NCBI RefSeq assembly: GCF_009914755.1
Contig: NC_060930.1
From: the human T2T-CHM13v2.0 reference genome, Homo sapiens
Length of the DNA stretch: 64,000 nt
Reading direction: 5' to 3' (one strand)
The notes under the pieces are model-generated. The model had not been told where the DNA came from, did not search any database, and saw only the letters and a list, made by a program, of their open reading frames with translations. Shown piece after piece: positions 25,708 through 38,560 of the stretch. Every line of letters starts with the position of its first letter. Position 1 is the first letter of the stretch. The position numbers were made by a program, and so were the translations under genes.

Positions 25708-26095
25708 CTATCAGTCAGGGTTCTCCAGAGAAACAGAACCAACCGGATACACAGTTCAAAGAATTTGTTTTTAAAAATTGGCTCATGTGGTTGTGGGGGC
25801 TGGCATATCTGAAATCTGCAGGGAGGCTGGAGTCAGGCGGGCTTCTGTATTATGGTCTTGAGGCAGAGCTCCTCTGGGAAACCTAAGTTTTACTTTTACT
25901 CAGGTTTTACTCCTTCAACTGATTGGACACGGCCCACCTGCATATGGAGGGGAATCTGCTTTACTCAAAGTCAATTGATTGTAGTTGTCAATCACATCTG
26001 CAAATGCATCCACAGCAGCAACTGGACTGGTGTTTGACCAAACAACAACTTGGTGGCATAATGGCCCACCAAGGTGACACAAAATTCACGATCAC
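25708..26095 (-). mobile_element. MLT2 (ERVL) solo LTR
   Basis: TCAGTCAGGGTTCTCCAGAGAAACAGAACC...CTTCAACTGATTGGA...GCCCACC...TGACACAAAATTCACGATCACA. Confidence 0.85.
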
Positions 26096-26850
26096 ACCCA
26101 GTCTGGAATTTCTTTCAATGGTTGTACTTGAGTATTATTTCCTGAACTTTAACAGCAGTTTTCTTCAAACACAGCCATGTAAGTTCAAGTTTTTAATTTA
26201 CTTTAAAATGGTTGTTGAGAAAATTGTGCTTTAGTGAAGCACCTAATGCCCCTATATTTGTACCATGTGAGAGATTTCTCTTGAAAATTAGTGTTAAGAA
26301 TATATTTTCTTTTCCTGAGAAATAGAAACTAAATGTTTTGTGATAAACCATGTTTACATTTTTGCCTTGGCTGCTAGGGAGCTCAAAGCCAAATTTGATT
26401 TATGATTATAAGGATTATGTTGATTTTCTATTTTTTAAAAAGCCAATTTCTCCCATATTTCCCTTACCCATTTCCTTCTGAATTCCCATTTGCATTGTCT
26501 ATTTTTTTGTCAACTACATCAAAACTTTTTCAAAGGCAAACAATACAAATACATTTCCATAAATAAATTATTTCAATGCTCTCAAATAAATGGGTCTGAA
26601 CTTAACATTTTGATAGCACAAATGTGTTTAAAGTCAGCCTTCAGTAACCATCATAAAAAGTAATGTGTTCAATTCTCTTTAAATTGTCATTATGTTCTGG
26701 TTGGCAATAATTGTAAGTAGCTACTTCTTTCTGTATATCAAAAATTTTAGTAGCATTTACACAAATTATATTTATATATTAAAATTTTTGGTACACAGAA
26801 AGGATAGAACTACTAAATCTTGTATATATATATTATGTATGAGGTCTCCT

Positions 26851-28630
26851 TTTTTCTTTTTTTAAGTATTTATTGATCATTCTTGGGTGTTTCTCAGAGA
26901 GGGGGATGTGGCAGGGTCATAGGATAATAGTGGAGAGAAGGTCAGCAGATAAACACGTGAACAAAGGTCTCTGGTTTTCCTAGGCAGAGGACCCTGCGGC
27001 CTTCCGCAGTGTTTGTGTCCCTGGGTACTTGAGATTAGGGAGTGGTGATGACTCTTAACGAGCATGCTGCCTTCAAGCATCTGTTTAACAAAGCACATCT
27101 TGCACCGCCCTTAATCCATTTAACCCTGAGTTGACACAGCACATGTTTCAGAGAGCACAGGGTTGAGGGTAAGGTCATAGATCAACAGGATCCCAAGGCA
27201 GAAGAATTTTTCTTAGTACAGAACAAAATGGAGTCTCCTATGTCTACTTCTTTCTACACAGACACAGGAACAATCTGATCTCTCTTTCTTTTCCCCTCAT
27301 TTCCCTCTTTTCTTTTCGACAAAACCGCCATCGTCATCATGGCCCGTTCTCAATGGTCGCTGTCTCTTTGGAGCTGTTGGGTACACTTCCCAGATGGGGT
27401 GGCCTGGCAGAGGCGCTCCTCACTTCCTAGACGGGGTGGCGGCCAGACAGAGGCACTCCTCACCTCCCAAACGGGGTGGCGGCCGGGCAGAGACGCTCCT
27501 CACATCCCAGACGATGGGCGGCCGGGCAGAGGTGCTCCTCACCTCCCAGATGATGGGCGGCCGGGCAGAGGCACTTCCCACCTCCCAGATGGGGCGGCCG
27601 GGCAGAGGCACTCCTCAACTCCCAGATGAAGAGCGGCCGGGCAGAGACGCCCCTCACCTCCCAGATGGGGCGGCTGGGCAGTGGCACTCCTCACTTCCCA
27701 TTTGGGGCAGCCAGGAAGAGACCCTCCTCACTTCCTCCCAGACAGGGCGGCCGGGCAGAGGCACTCCTCACTTCCCATTCGGGGCAGCCGGGCAGAGGCG
27801 CTCCTCACTTCCTCCCAGACGGGGTGGCCGGGCAGAGGCGCTCCTCACTTCCCATTCGGGGCAGCCGGGCAGAGGCGCTCCTCACTTCCTCCCAGATGGG
27901 GTGGCTGGGCAGAGGCGCTCCTCACTTCCCATTCGGGGCAGCCGGGCAGAGGCGCTCCTCACTTCCTCCCTGATGGGGCGGCCAGGCAGAGGTGCTCCTC
28001 ACATCCCAGACGATGGGCGGCCAGGCAGAGATGCTCCTCACATCCCAGATGGGGTGGCGACCGGGAAGAGGCGCTCCTCACATCTCAGACGATGGGCGGC
28101 CAGGCAGAGACGCTCCTCACATCCCAGACGGGGTGGCGGCCGAGCAGAGGTGCTCCTCACATCCCAGACAATGGGCAGCCAGGCAGAGACACTGCTCACT
28201 TCCTAGATGGGGTGGCGGGCGGGCATAGGCTGTAATTTTAGCACTTTGGGAGGCCAAGGCAGGCGGCTGGGAGGTGGAGGTTGTAGCGAGCCAAGATCAC
28301 ACCACTGCACTCCAGCCTGGGCAACATTGAGCACTGAGTGAGCGAGACTCTGTCTGCAATTCCAGCACCTCGGGAGGCCGAGGCGGGCAGATCACCCAAG
28401 GCCAGGAGCTGGAGACCAGCCCGGTCAACACGGTGAAACCCTGTCTCCACCAAAAATACAAAAACCAGTCAGGAGTGGCGGCACATGCCTGGAATCCCAG
28501 GCACTCAGCAGGCCGAGGCAGGAGAATCACCGGAGCCCGAGGGATGGAGGTTGCAGCGAGCCAAGATCATGGCAGTACAGTCCAGGCTCCGCAAGAGAGG
28601 GAGACTGAGAGGGAGAGGGAGAGGGAGAGG
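26851..28630 (-). mobile_element. Full-length SVA retrotransposon (SVA_A-like), antisense
   Basis: Poly(T) and TTTATT at 26851-26874; SINE-R ~26865-27385; GC-rich VNTR ~27385-28225; Alu-like region ~28226-28590; (GAGAGG)n ~28607-28630. TSD ATGTATGA(G/A)GTCTCCT at 26835-26850 and 28631-28646. Confidence 0.95.
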
Positions 28631-28959
28631 ATGTATGAAGTCTCCTAAGTTGAATTCTGTATGTCTTCATTATTTCAAAATTTGCTCATAAAAGAAGTAA
28701 TCAACCATTTGTAATTCAGCAGACCCGGGATATGACACCTTTCTAGGGCACTGGAAAACTAACTCACTGTGGTTCCATTTTTAAAGCTGGATTTTGATGT
28801 TTAGTTTTCACTCATGGAGCAGCTGTCCTGCCTGATAGTGTGCTTGGTACTTTACATGCTCACTCACAATTCTCAGACTGTCAGGCACATGGCTGGGGGC
28901 AGCACACCTGCGCAAGGTCACAGTACTTGTGAGAGGCATCACGGAGACTTGGCAGTTGC

Positions 28960-29245
28960 CTGCAGAGCTTGTGCATGCTCCTCAGGCCGCTGTGCCTCCT
29001 GCCAGAGTGCTGAGCTTCTTCAGGCCACTGTGCCTCCTGCCAGAGTGCTGAGCTTCTTCAGGCCACTGTGCCTCCTGCCAGAGTACTGAGCTTGCAGAGC
29101 TTGTGCATGCTCTTGAGGCCGTTGAGCCTCCTGCCAGAGTGCTGAACTTCCTCAGGCTGCTGTACCTCCTGCCAGAGTGCTGAGCTCACAGAGCTTGTGA
29201 ATGCTCCTCAGGCTGCTGCACCTCCTGCCAGAGTGCTGAGCTTGC
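28960..29245. repeat. Compound tandem repeat, 38-bp core unit (TGTGCCTCCTGCCAGAGTGCTGAGCTTCTTCAGGCCAC)
   Basis: CCTCCTGCCAGAGT recurs six times; some units carry an extra CAGAGCTTGTGCATGCT segment. Confidence 0.85.
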
Positions 29246-30604
29246 TCTCGGACAGCAAGTGAGAATTTGCTGGGGATCAATGATGAGATTCTCTTTCATA
29301 GAAGGAAGGAAGGGATCACTGGCATGATGCTCAGCCGGCGGCCTGGCTTTGGGAAGTGGATTCATGCATCACCTGTTTCAAGGTGATGACTGAAGCCCTG
29401 GTGTTAGACACAACATGATCTGAGGACAGACGGGCCCTGGGTTGTGGAGGGAGCCTGGCGTGCTGAGGCTGACCTGGCCGCAGAGCTTCAGGAGGGAGAG
29501 CTCCTGAGGGTGGAGCTGCCACAACAGGAGCCCCCACCACCACCTACACACAAAGCCACATCCTAGGAGCCTCAGCCGGGTGCCTGGTGCTCTGTGGATT
29601 CCCCGTTTAAACCCTGCCCGCATGCTGGGGCATAGCAGTAAAGGTCGCCATTCTCACTTCCCAGGTGAGGAGGCCGAAGGGCAGGGAGGCCAAGCGTGTC
29701 TTCCTCATGTGTGACAACACGCCTCCCACAGCTGTCAGGGTCTGTGTGTGGAGCTGTGCCAGGGCCTGCTGGGGCTGGCCGGCTCGGGGAATGGGTCCAC
29801 CCAGCTTTCTTAGTCCAGGACCAGAGGAAGGGCCAGACCTGGAGAATCTCTGCATGGGTGGGGGCGTGCCGGGGCGGGCAACAGGAGGCCAAAGGCTGCC
29901 CCAGCTTTCAGGGCCCCTCGCCAACCCTCGGCATCCTCCAGGCCCAGGTGGCCCAGGGTGTCTTCAGGCACAGTGGCCGGGAAGCTGGAAGGGGGCAGCT
30001 GTGGAAGGGCCGAGTTCCTCTCCTCCGCAGTTTTCTTCCTCCTGCTTTGCAAGGCAGAGCCTGCTTGATGGAATGTTTTTCAAGCATTGCTTTCTGCAGG
30101 CCCTGAGCCTCCTCCTGACTCATATAGACCTGTGTACACATGTTCCCTGGGGCGGCGTGCCTATGTGCCTATGGGAAGGGTCTTGTCAGTCACACACTGC
30201 ACAGCACAGAGAGTGTGCCCCGGACTGGGTGGGCCGCTGGCTGCTGTCCTGGGCAGGGGCAGCATCTTTGCCCAGAGGTGAATCAGCGTTTTCCTCCCTG
30301 TGCAGCTGTTGAAAGAGGGGAGTTAAGGACGGGGCAAGGAATGAAGGACCCCAGCCGCCCCCATCTGCTGCGGCCCTGAGCCCGCGAGCCCCAGTGCTGG
30401 TGTCTACATGGCCCTTCCTCTTGGGCTCCAGAGCCTCATGATCCCCTGAAGCTACAGGCTCCCCAGAGCATAGCCCCAGCATCAGAGACCCAGGTTGGAG
30501 CAGCTGCCAGGAGGGTCCCCAGCTGTCCACACCCAGACTTCCAGCCCTCCTGCTCTGCTGGCCCCAGGCTCATCTGACACCCCACATTTCTGGGGTGGGC
30601 TGTG

Positions 30605-30740
30605 GCTCCTGGAGTTCTCACCACTGCCTCCCTGTCTCTCCCCTTCTCCTCTGTGCTGCCTCCCTGTCTCTCCCCTTCTCCTCTGTGACTCCCGGAGTTC
30701 TCACTGCTGCCTCCCTGTCTCTCCCTGCTCCTCTGTGGCT
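30605..30740. repeat. Short pyrimidine-rich tandem repeat
   Basis: CTGCCTCCCTGTCTCTCCC..CTCCTCTGTG occurs three times. Confidence 0.75.
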
Positions 30741-31595
30741 GCCGGCCCCATCTTTCCAGGCTGTGGCTTCCATCTTCCCCTGCTCTGGAGGGGCTTCTGG
30801 TGCTTGTGCAGAGGGCTCTGGCCCTTCCTTGCATTTAAGACCTGGGCAGGTCCTGTCTTACAAGTCCCAGTTCAGGTTCTTTGCAGCCCAGTGCTGAGCA
30901 GCTTCTTTGCCCATCCGAGCCGCCTCTTCCTCATCCATGTAGACGGAAAGAGTAACCGTGTTTGTGAGCTGTGTGTGGAAGGGCACAGCACGGGGCCTGG
31001 TGGGGCTGACAGGTGCTGGGTGCATACCCCCACCATCGCTGTCATCATCTGTGGGGCTGGGCAGCCGTGACTGCATCTTCTCCTGGTCACAGCATCCTGG
31101 GCAGCCAGGTGGGGCTCCGGGGGTCCAGCTGATGAGACGTCCAGTCAGGGCCTGGGGAGCCTGTTGGCCCCATCCGCCTTCCCTGTCGGCTGTGACCTCA
31201 GAAGTCTCGTGTTGGAGATGCGGGAGCTACCGTGTGGATCCCTGAGCCAGAGCCTAGAGGGACCTTCTGGAAACAGGAAATGCTCCTTCCGTGTCATGTG
31301 GGCAGGAAGTGCTGCTGTTACAGCACCCGCCTCACCTCACTGTGCAGCAGCTGAAACTCAGTGTGAGGCCTGAGTTTCCCATCTGTGAGGACCCTCCAGG
31401 TGCTCCTCAGTGTGCAGAGCCCTGCCCGTCACAAGATCCCCACAGGAATGAGGCAGGCAAGGCCTGTGCATCCCCCATGAGCCTCAGCCATGCCCGGTTC
31501 AGGTAGCTGGAGATGGGGCTTTTCCCACACTGTCTCTCACTTTGCTCCTCTCCCCTGAATAAAGGCAGAATGAGATGGGATCCCTCAGGAGCCCC

Positions 31596-31951
31596 TGATA
31601 TGGTTTGGCTCTGTGTCCCCACCCAAATCTCATCTAGAATTGTGATCCCCAGTGTCGAGGGAGGGACCTGATGGGAGGTGATTGGATCATGGGGGCGGTT
31701 CCCCCAGGCTGTTCTCATGATGGTGAGGGAGTTCTCACGATATCTGATGGTTTAAAGGTGGCAGTTTCCCCTGCTGTCTCTCTCCTGCCACTTTGTGAAG
31801 AAGATGCCTGTTTCTCTTTAGCCTTCCACATGATTGTAAGTTTCCTGAGGCCTCCCCAGCCATGAGCAACTAAGTCAATTAAACCTCTTTCCTTTCTAAA
31901 TTAACCAGTCTCAGGTAGTATCTTTATAGCAGTGTGAGAATGGACTATTAC
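31596..31951 (+). mobile_element. THE1D-like MaLR solo LTR
   Basis: TGATATGGTTTGGCTCTGTGTCCCCACCCAAATCTCATC...GTGTCGAGGGAGGGACCTG...ATTAAACCTCTTT...GAATGGACTATTAC. Confidence 0.9.
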
Positions 31952-32141
31952 TTTTCTGGATGACTTGAGGAATAATTCTAGAGTTTAGGTTTAAAGATCT
32001 ACCCTATGACAGTAAACATTCAAATTTTGAGCTTGGTTTTCCTTAGACTGGGGCTCCAAATGTCATTTCTATGGGACACCCAAAATAGCAAGTGAGACAT
32101 GGTACTATATATTAAGATATAATTACGTAGTTAATGATAAT

Positions 32142-32229
32142 TGGTATAGTTTAAAATATAAATTAGTATAAAATATAAAATAGTTTAAAATATAAATTAT
32201 ATAAATTGGTATAGTTTAAAATATAAATT
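32142..32229. repeat. AT-rich short repeat (ATAGTTTAAAATATAAATT x3)
   Basis: Direct reading. Confidence 0.75.
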
Positions 32230-32356
32230 CCTTTGTAAAGGAATAATTCTGAGGATGGTTTGTAGCTTTCACCAGTGTTTCAGGAAGACGTGTAATGTTA
32301 AATGTTTAACAGTCTTGATTTGGTGCCTATCTCTTACATTTGAGACTTCCCTAGGC

Positions 32357-32480
32357 CAGTGGTTACTAAACTTCACTGTGCATTCAGATCACACATGTTT
32401 GCCGAATGCAGATTCCTGGGCTCTGCCATGCCACAGATCTGGAATTAAGCAGGGCTTCTGATTTTAAGCAGGTGACAATA
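32357..32480. mobile_element. MER5A-like hAT fragment
   Basis: CAGTGGTTACTAAACTTCACTGTGCATTCAGATCAC...ATGCAGATTCCTGGGC. Confidence 0.55.
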
Positions 32481-34484
32481 ATGCCGACGTCTTTGGTTTG
32501 GCATCTGGTCGACCCTTTTCCTGGGATGTGCCTGGGGGAATAGCAGGATCTGTGCCCATCATGCCTGCCTGCATGGCTCTGTGTCTCTGTGATGTCCACG
32601 GAAGATGACAGCAGTTTCTGAGCATTGAGAATCAATGACATCCTGTTCAAAGAGCACGTGGGTTCCAGGAAGATGTGAGCATTTAGACAACCCGTCCTGG
32701 AGCCCCAAGTCATGACGGGCCAGTTGCGAAACAAAACACACGAGGAGCCCCTGTGCTTCTTGCCCGCCATTTGTGGGCAGCAATTCCCCAAGCAGGGAGC
32801 ATGCGTCCACTTGCTGTGACTGTGCTGTGCTCACCACTGGGGACAAAAGACTCCCTGAATGGGGACACAGAGCTGGTGCTGGCCCCGAGGTGGGGACGGT
32901 CAGCGAAGAGCAGAGTCAGCCAGGGAGGGAGAGCGGGAGAAATCCTGAAGGAGTTAACTCTTCTCGCAGTCATGGTGCCCCATTCTATGGGCAGCATTGG
33001 CTGGAAGTGCCAGGAAAGGTTAGTGTCTGCCTTCACTGGAGTCACCCACTTCTTTTAGCTGAGAGGATGCTGGGTTTTGACGCGCTGCGTTGTATAATCA
33101 GTAATGGGTTGTTAATGTTCTGTAGGCTGTTTCGTTTATCCTTGGATAAACATTAACCGAGTGTAGTTACATACATTAATACATGACTGTACCATCACAC
33201 ACATGTTCTCATGGGTGTGGACACCTCACTCCATCTGTCTCATGTCTACGTTTTAAATATTTAACAAGGAGAACGCAATGTTATGGGAAAGCAGCTCCAG
33301 ATCTCGACACTTTGGCCTGAGGAAATCGTTTTGCCTTCTTATGTTTAGCTTCCTGCTTTTATTTTTAGCAACAATAAACACACACAGAAACTCAGCTCTG
33401 AAAACCCTTTCTGCTCTGCTCTGTCTGTGTGACCCCCATCCTGGGTGTACCCGGGGTTTTGTGTCTCCGCAGTCTGGTTTCCCAGCAATGGGGAGAAATC
33501 CAGCCATTCATTTGCATTTTTTTCTACCCTGTCATCAAACCAGGGGCCATGCTGGCCTTGGCCAGTCTCTAAGGACAAATGCTGTGGGCGCTCTGGAGAG
33601 CTGGGAGCAGCCCCAGGTCCTGGCTCCTGGCTGCACCCTCAGCACCACTGGCTTCACTCCTGTAGTGCGCAGACTTGGGAGATGGCCCCATGCCCTTGTT
33701 CCAAACAGCATAGCTGCGAACAGAATTCACGGGTGTCTTTACCCTTCACCTGCACACTCGGCGTGCCCTCAGTCTCTGTGGTGTCTGTGTGTGAGTGTGT
33801 GGGGTGGGTAGGTGTTTGGGGGAAGGTCAGAGTGCCACACAAATGCTTTCTCAGGTTGAGAAGAGGAAATGGGCCTATCTGGAAGCAGCAGGGAGGTTGG
33901 CCTTGAGTGAAGCGTCAGCACACAGAGAATGTTCCCTGGCATGTTCACACCTGCACAACCGTGCACACGCTCTCGGATGAGCACCTCCCTGTGTGTGCCT
34001 GGGCTGCCTGGAGGTGAGGGGTGGGCCAGTGACGGTCCTTTGTAGCGATATACTGCAAACAAGCTGAGCTGGGTGGGGCGCTGAGGGTCCCTTCCCTCCG
34101 TCCCTGCCACCCTTTCTGGAGCCTCCTTCATGGCCAGGTGCAAACCTGCCTTTGCCTGGAGCTGCTCTGGCACCGCTCCGGCTTCCAGCTGAGTTCTCCT
34201 CCCTCCCACCCCCACCCCACAGCCTCCCGCTCAGGCAGGGACGATGCCTCTCCGCAGGTCAGGCAGCAGCACAGGTTGCTGGCCGGGGCAGCCGTCACTC
34301 ACCCCAAGGCCCAAGGACACATCCCTGGGGCTGAGACACCAAGGTCGCTGTGGTACCTGGGTCTTCAATTAGTGGCCCAGCAGGCTGTGGCCCCACTTAC
34401 CCGGCCGGCCTTCCTTCCTATCTTCCGGATCGGCTTCAGGACAACACTGTGTTTCCACTGATATAGGCTCCCTTGGCACCAGTA

Positions 34485-35160
34485 ACACACGTGCACACAC
34501 ACTCACACCCACACACACGCTCACACTCACCACACACAAACACACATGCACACACATGCTCACACTCACCACACAAACACATACGCACACACATGCTCAC
34601 ACTCACCACACACAAACACGTATGCACACACATGCTCACACTCACCACACACAAACACATATGCACACACACGCACACACAAACACATATGCACACACAT
34701 GCTCACACTCACCACACACAAACACATATGCACACAGATGCTCACACTCACCACACACAAACACGTATGCACACAGATGCTCACACTCACCACACACAAA
34801 AACACATGCACTCACACACTCACACTCACCACACACAAACATACATACACACTCACCACACATATAAACACAGATGCACATACACTCTCACCCACACACC
34901 ACACACATGCACACATACACCACACATATAAACACACATGCACCCACACAAGCACACACACCACACACAAACACATATGGACATACATGCACACATACAC
35001 TCACACCCACACACAGGCACACACAGGCATATACATGCACACGCTCACACATGTATGTGCACACACTCAAGCATTGACACACACAAGGCACATCTGCACA
35101 CGCACATTTTCAAGCACACTCACACTTGCACTCCTGCACACCTGCACAAACACATGCACA
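34485..35160. repeat. CA-rich array with 39-bp core unit (ATGCACACACATGCTCACACTCACCACACACAAACACAT)
   Basis: 39-bp period visible at 34540-34840, decaying into (CA)n-like sequence. Confidence 0.95.
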
Positions 35161-36024
35161 GGCAGCCGAGGCTGGGCTGTGTCCAGTGCACATGGCATCC
35201 TGGTGCTCACAGCTTCTCAAGGAACCCACAGAGTCCATGTCTCACCAGCAACCCCCACCCCTCACGCCCCCTCCCTGGTGCTCCTTCCCCCTGCAGCCGG
35301 GAGAGACAGGTCCACAGAGAGAACCTGTGGGGGACATGCCTGAGGCCGCTCACCACAGCCAGACTGAGCTTCTGTCAGTGGCGAGGGTTGGGGGCTGGTA
35401 CAGAGGAGCCCCTGGGATAGGAGGTGCCAAACAGGAATTGGACCCCAGCAACCCAGGCCCATGGCCACGGGCAGGTCATCCCTTTGCAGGTCGCGTTGGC
35501 CTCACCTGCAGATGGGTGATGAATCAAACACGGGGCATGGGAAGTACCTGTTGAGGAAGGATGTCAGTGTTGGGCACACTGTGTGGACAGTGGTCAATGA
35601 CAAGGCTCCGGCGAGTTGTGCGGCAGGACTCAGATGCCTGCTGGGTCTGAGCACAGATGCATTTGTGCTCACCTGGTTTGCCACTGTGGTGATGGCACGT
35701 GCACGGGCCAGTTGCTTCTTGACGTCTTGATCTCGCCGGTGGAGTCACAGCTGGGTGGGCGGCTTGGGAGCCCCGCCTCGCATCCCTGCACCTGTGTCTT
35801 CCAGCAGGGTTTGCTGGAGCTGCGGCAGCAGGGCAGAGCCTCTGGACGTGCAGTTAGGATTGGCTGTCTGCCAAAAGGTGCACCTGCTGGCAGCAGAGCC
35901 GGAAGCAGCAGTTCTTTTGAGAAGCAGGCATTTATTAAGTGCTTGCTGTGTGCAGGTGGACAAAAAAGCATTTGCTAATGAGACAGTTACTCATCCAAAC
36001 AAATGTGCCTCTCGACCGCACACT

Positions 36025-36537
36025 TGTATTCGTCCGGGTTCTCCAGAGAAACAGTCCAATGGGATAGACAGAGGGACAGATAGATAATAGGTAAATAGAC
36101 AGGGTCAGTGGGTGAATAAATGGATGGATGGTTGGATAGACAGGCAGATAATGAGAGATAAATAAACAGACAGATAGAAAGAGATTATTATAAAGAATTG
36201 GCTCCTGAGATTGTGGAGGCTGAAAAGTCCCAAGATCTGCAGTTAGCAAGCTCGAGGTCCCAGGAAGGCCAATTCAGTTCAAATCCGAAGGCCAAAAAGA
36301 CCAAGGTCCCAGCTCCAGCAGTCAGGCAGGAGTGCCCTCTTCCTTGGGGCAGGGTTGGCCTCTTTGGTCTCTTCAGGCCTTCAGCTGATCGGCTGAGGCC
36401 CACTCACATTGGAGAGGGTGGTCTGTTGTACTGAGTCTACTGATTCAAACATCCATCTCATCCAAATGCACCCATGCAGACTGAATATCTCGACACTGTG
36501 TGGCCCGGTCAGGTTGACACACAAAATTCACCCTCAC
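36025..36537 (-). mobile_element. MLT2B/C-like ERVL solo LTR
   Basis: TGTATTCGTCCGGGTTCTCCAGAGAAACAG...AAAGAATTGGCTC...GGCCCACTCACATTGGAGAGGG...GTTGACACACAAAATTCACC. Confidence 0.85.
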
Positions 36538-37599
36538 CTGCTCGGCCTCAGAACCGCACCACGGGGGCAGGGTTCACTCTGACTCCCCCAGCTCCCTCCT
36601 CTGCCCCTGGAGCTGGCAGCTGCTGCCATCATGGATGTCCTGTGGGGGCTCAGGCTGTGTGCTTTCCCCAGAGAGCTGAGTTTCAGGAAAATCCACGTGG
36701 AGCCTTTCTTTTCTGTTGTCAAGGAGAGAAGCCTGGTGTCATCCATGGGAAGAGGCGGCCATTGGCAGAATCCTGGGAGGGTCTGGCAGCTTCCCTGAGT
36801 GCCACGGAGGCCAGGATTTGTCCCATAGCCCTGGCTCTCAGCCACCCCACCTTGCGTGTCCACAGGGTCAGTCTCTGCGTGCAGCTGGTGTTGGACTGAG
36901 GGGACAAGGCAGAAGCCCCCCTGGGCCATGCCACAGCACACAGTGCCAGCGCGTTTGCCTCTGAGGCCCCAGGCCAGGGCCTGTCTGAAGTGCCCCAGGA
37001 CTGGGAGAGATTTGACTCCAGGAGCACAGGGAAGTGCCTGGGAAGACTCGGTTAAACTAAAGCAAACCACAGGGTGTCTTCAATTCAAAATGGAATTTTT
37101 CAAAACATTTTAACGTTTCTGAAATCAGAAACTTGACATGGCAAGATTGATGTCCTGATACGTAAAATCGTGGAGGCCGGGTCAGATGAGGGGCAGCAGG
37201 TGCCAGCTGAGGCCCGGCTGTGCCACCGTGGCAGGAGGGGCCCCTCTGCAGCTGCACGCAGCCTTGTGATGGGTGGGAGGGGGGCAGTGGACGCTTGCTG
37301 AGGGGCAGCAGGGATGTCTCCTTCCTCGTCCAGGCCTCACGGCCACACAGGGCTGGGCACTGACCACCCTGGCTATCATCCTCACCCAGGCAGACCCTGG
37401 AGTCTGGCCACACTGAATCCTGACATTCATTTCCTTAGATGAATGCTTCTGATAGGAGTTTTGTGATCTTCTAGGATGGATGGAGGGATTTGCTTGTCAT
37501 ATGCTAGTTAGTTACGTGTAAATGGTATATTTGATGTGCCAGGCATCCTGCCCGGTAAGTGCATGGTGTATTCCTTGTTCTAAGTACTGGACTGCACAA

Positions 37600-38420
37600 A
37601 TGAAGGCACCTTTTTTGTCTTCTGCATTGTGATAGGTAAATGGATGGTGCTTCTTTTGCTAGGTGCTGTGCTGTACATGAAGGTCCCTTCCATGTGGCAG
37701 GTGTTCTGCTGGGTAAGTAAAGGCACCTTCCTGTGCTGGGTGCTGTGCTGGGTACACGAAGCTACCTTCTTCCGGTGCTAGGTGCTGTGCTGGGTACATG
37801 AAGCTACCTTCTTCCTGAGCTAGGTGCTGTGCTGGGTACACGAAGCTACCTTCTTCCTGAGCTAGGTGCTGTGCTGGGTACATGAAGCTGCCTTCTTCCG
37901 GTGCTAGGTGGTTTGCTGAGTAAATGTAGGTACCCTTTGTGTGACAGGTGTTGTGCTTAGTAAATGAAGGCGTCTACCATGTGTTAGGTCCTGAGCTGGG
38001 TAAATGAAGGCAGCCTCTAATAGCTCAGACCTGTGCTGGGTAAACGGTGATAGCTTCCCCGTGCCAGGTCCTGTGCTGGGTAAATGAAGGCAGCCTCCAA
38101 TAGCTCGGACCTGTGCTTGGTAAATGGTGATAGCTTGCATGCACCAGGTCCTGGGCTGGGTGAATGAAGGCAGCCTCCAATAGCTAGGTCCTGTGCTCGG
38201 TAAATAGCTTCCCTGTGCCAGGTCTTGTGCTGGGTAAATGAAGGTAGCTTCCATGTGGTAGGTGCTGCGCTGCGTAAGTGAAGGTGCCTTCCACGTGCTC
38301 GGTCCTGTGCTGGGCACTTGAAAGTGTCTCCCACTCGCGAGGTGGTTTGCTTAGTAAATGAAGGCCCCTTCCACGTGCTGAGGAAATGACACTGCCTTCC
38401 ACGTGCTGGGGAAATGAATG
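37600..38420. repeat. ~40-42-bp minisatellite with an 80-bp higher-order segment
   Basis: CTAGGTGCTGTGCTGGGTAC at 37778, 37820 and 37862; T(A/G)AATGAAGGCAGCCT at 38001, 38081 and 38161. Confidence 0.85.
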
Positions 38421-38560
38421 GTACCTTTTATGTTTTCAGCCCTGGGCCAATTGTATTCAAATATTCCATTTTCATCTTTTTAGCAACCATGGAAGAATAC
38501 AAGTATTTCCATTTTATATGCAAGGACGATGAGACCAACTTCAAGTGGTGAAGTTGGTAC
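38420..38560 (-). mobile_element. Degraded MIR
   Basis: CATTTTCATCTTTTTAGCAACCATGGAAG...TATTTCCATTTTATATGCAAGGACGATGAGAC is MIR-antisense-like. Confidence 0.45.

Noticed and set aside
27339-28235. 270- and 184-aa ORFs
   Set aside because: Antisense readings of the SVA VNTR.
29665-31070. 215- and 191-aa ORFs in GC-rich unique sequence
   Set aside because: No recognisable domain, non-ATG starts, many overlapping ORFs on both strands; expected at this GC content.
34473-35420. ORFs up to 265 aa
   Set aside because: Derived from the CA-rich array.
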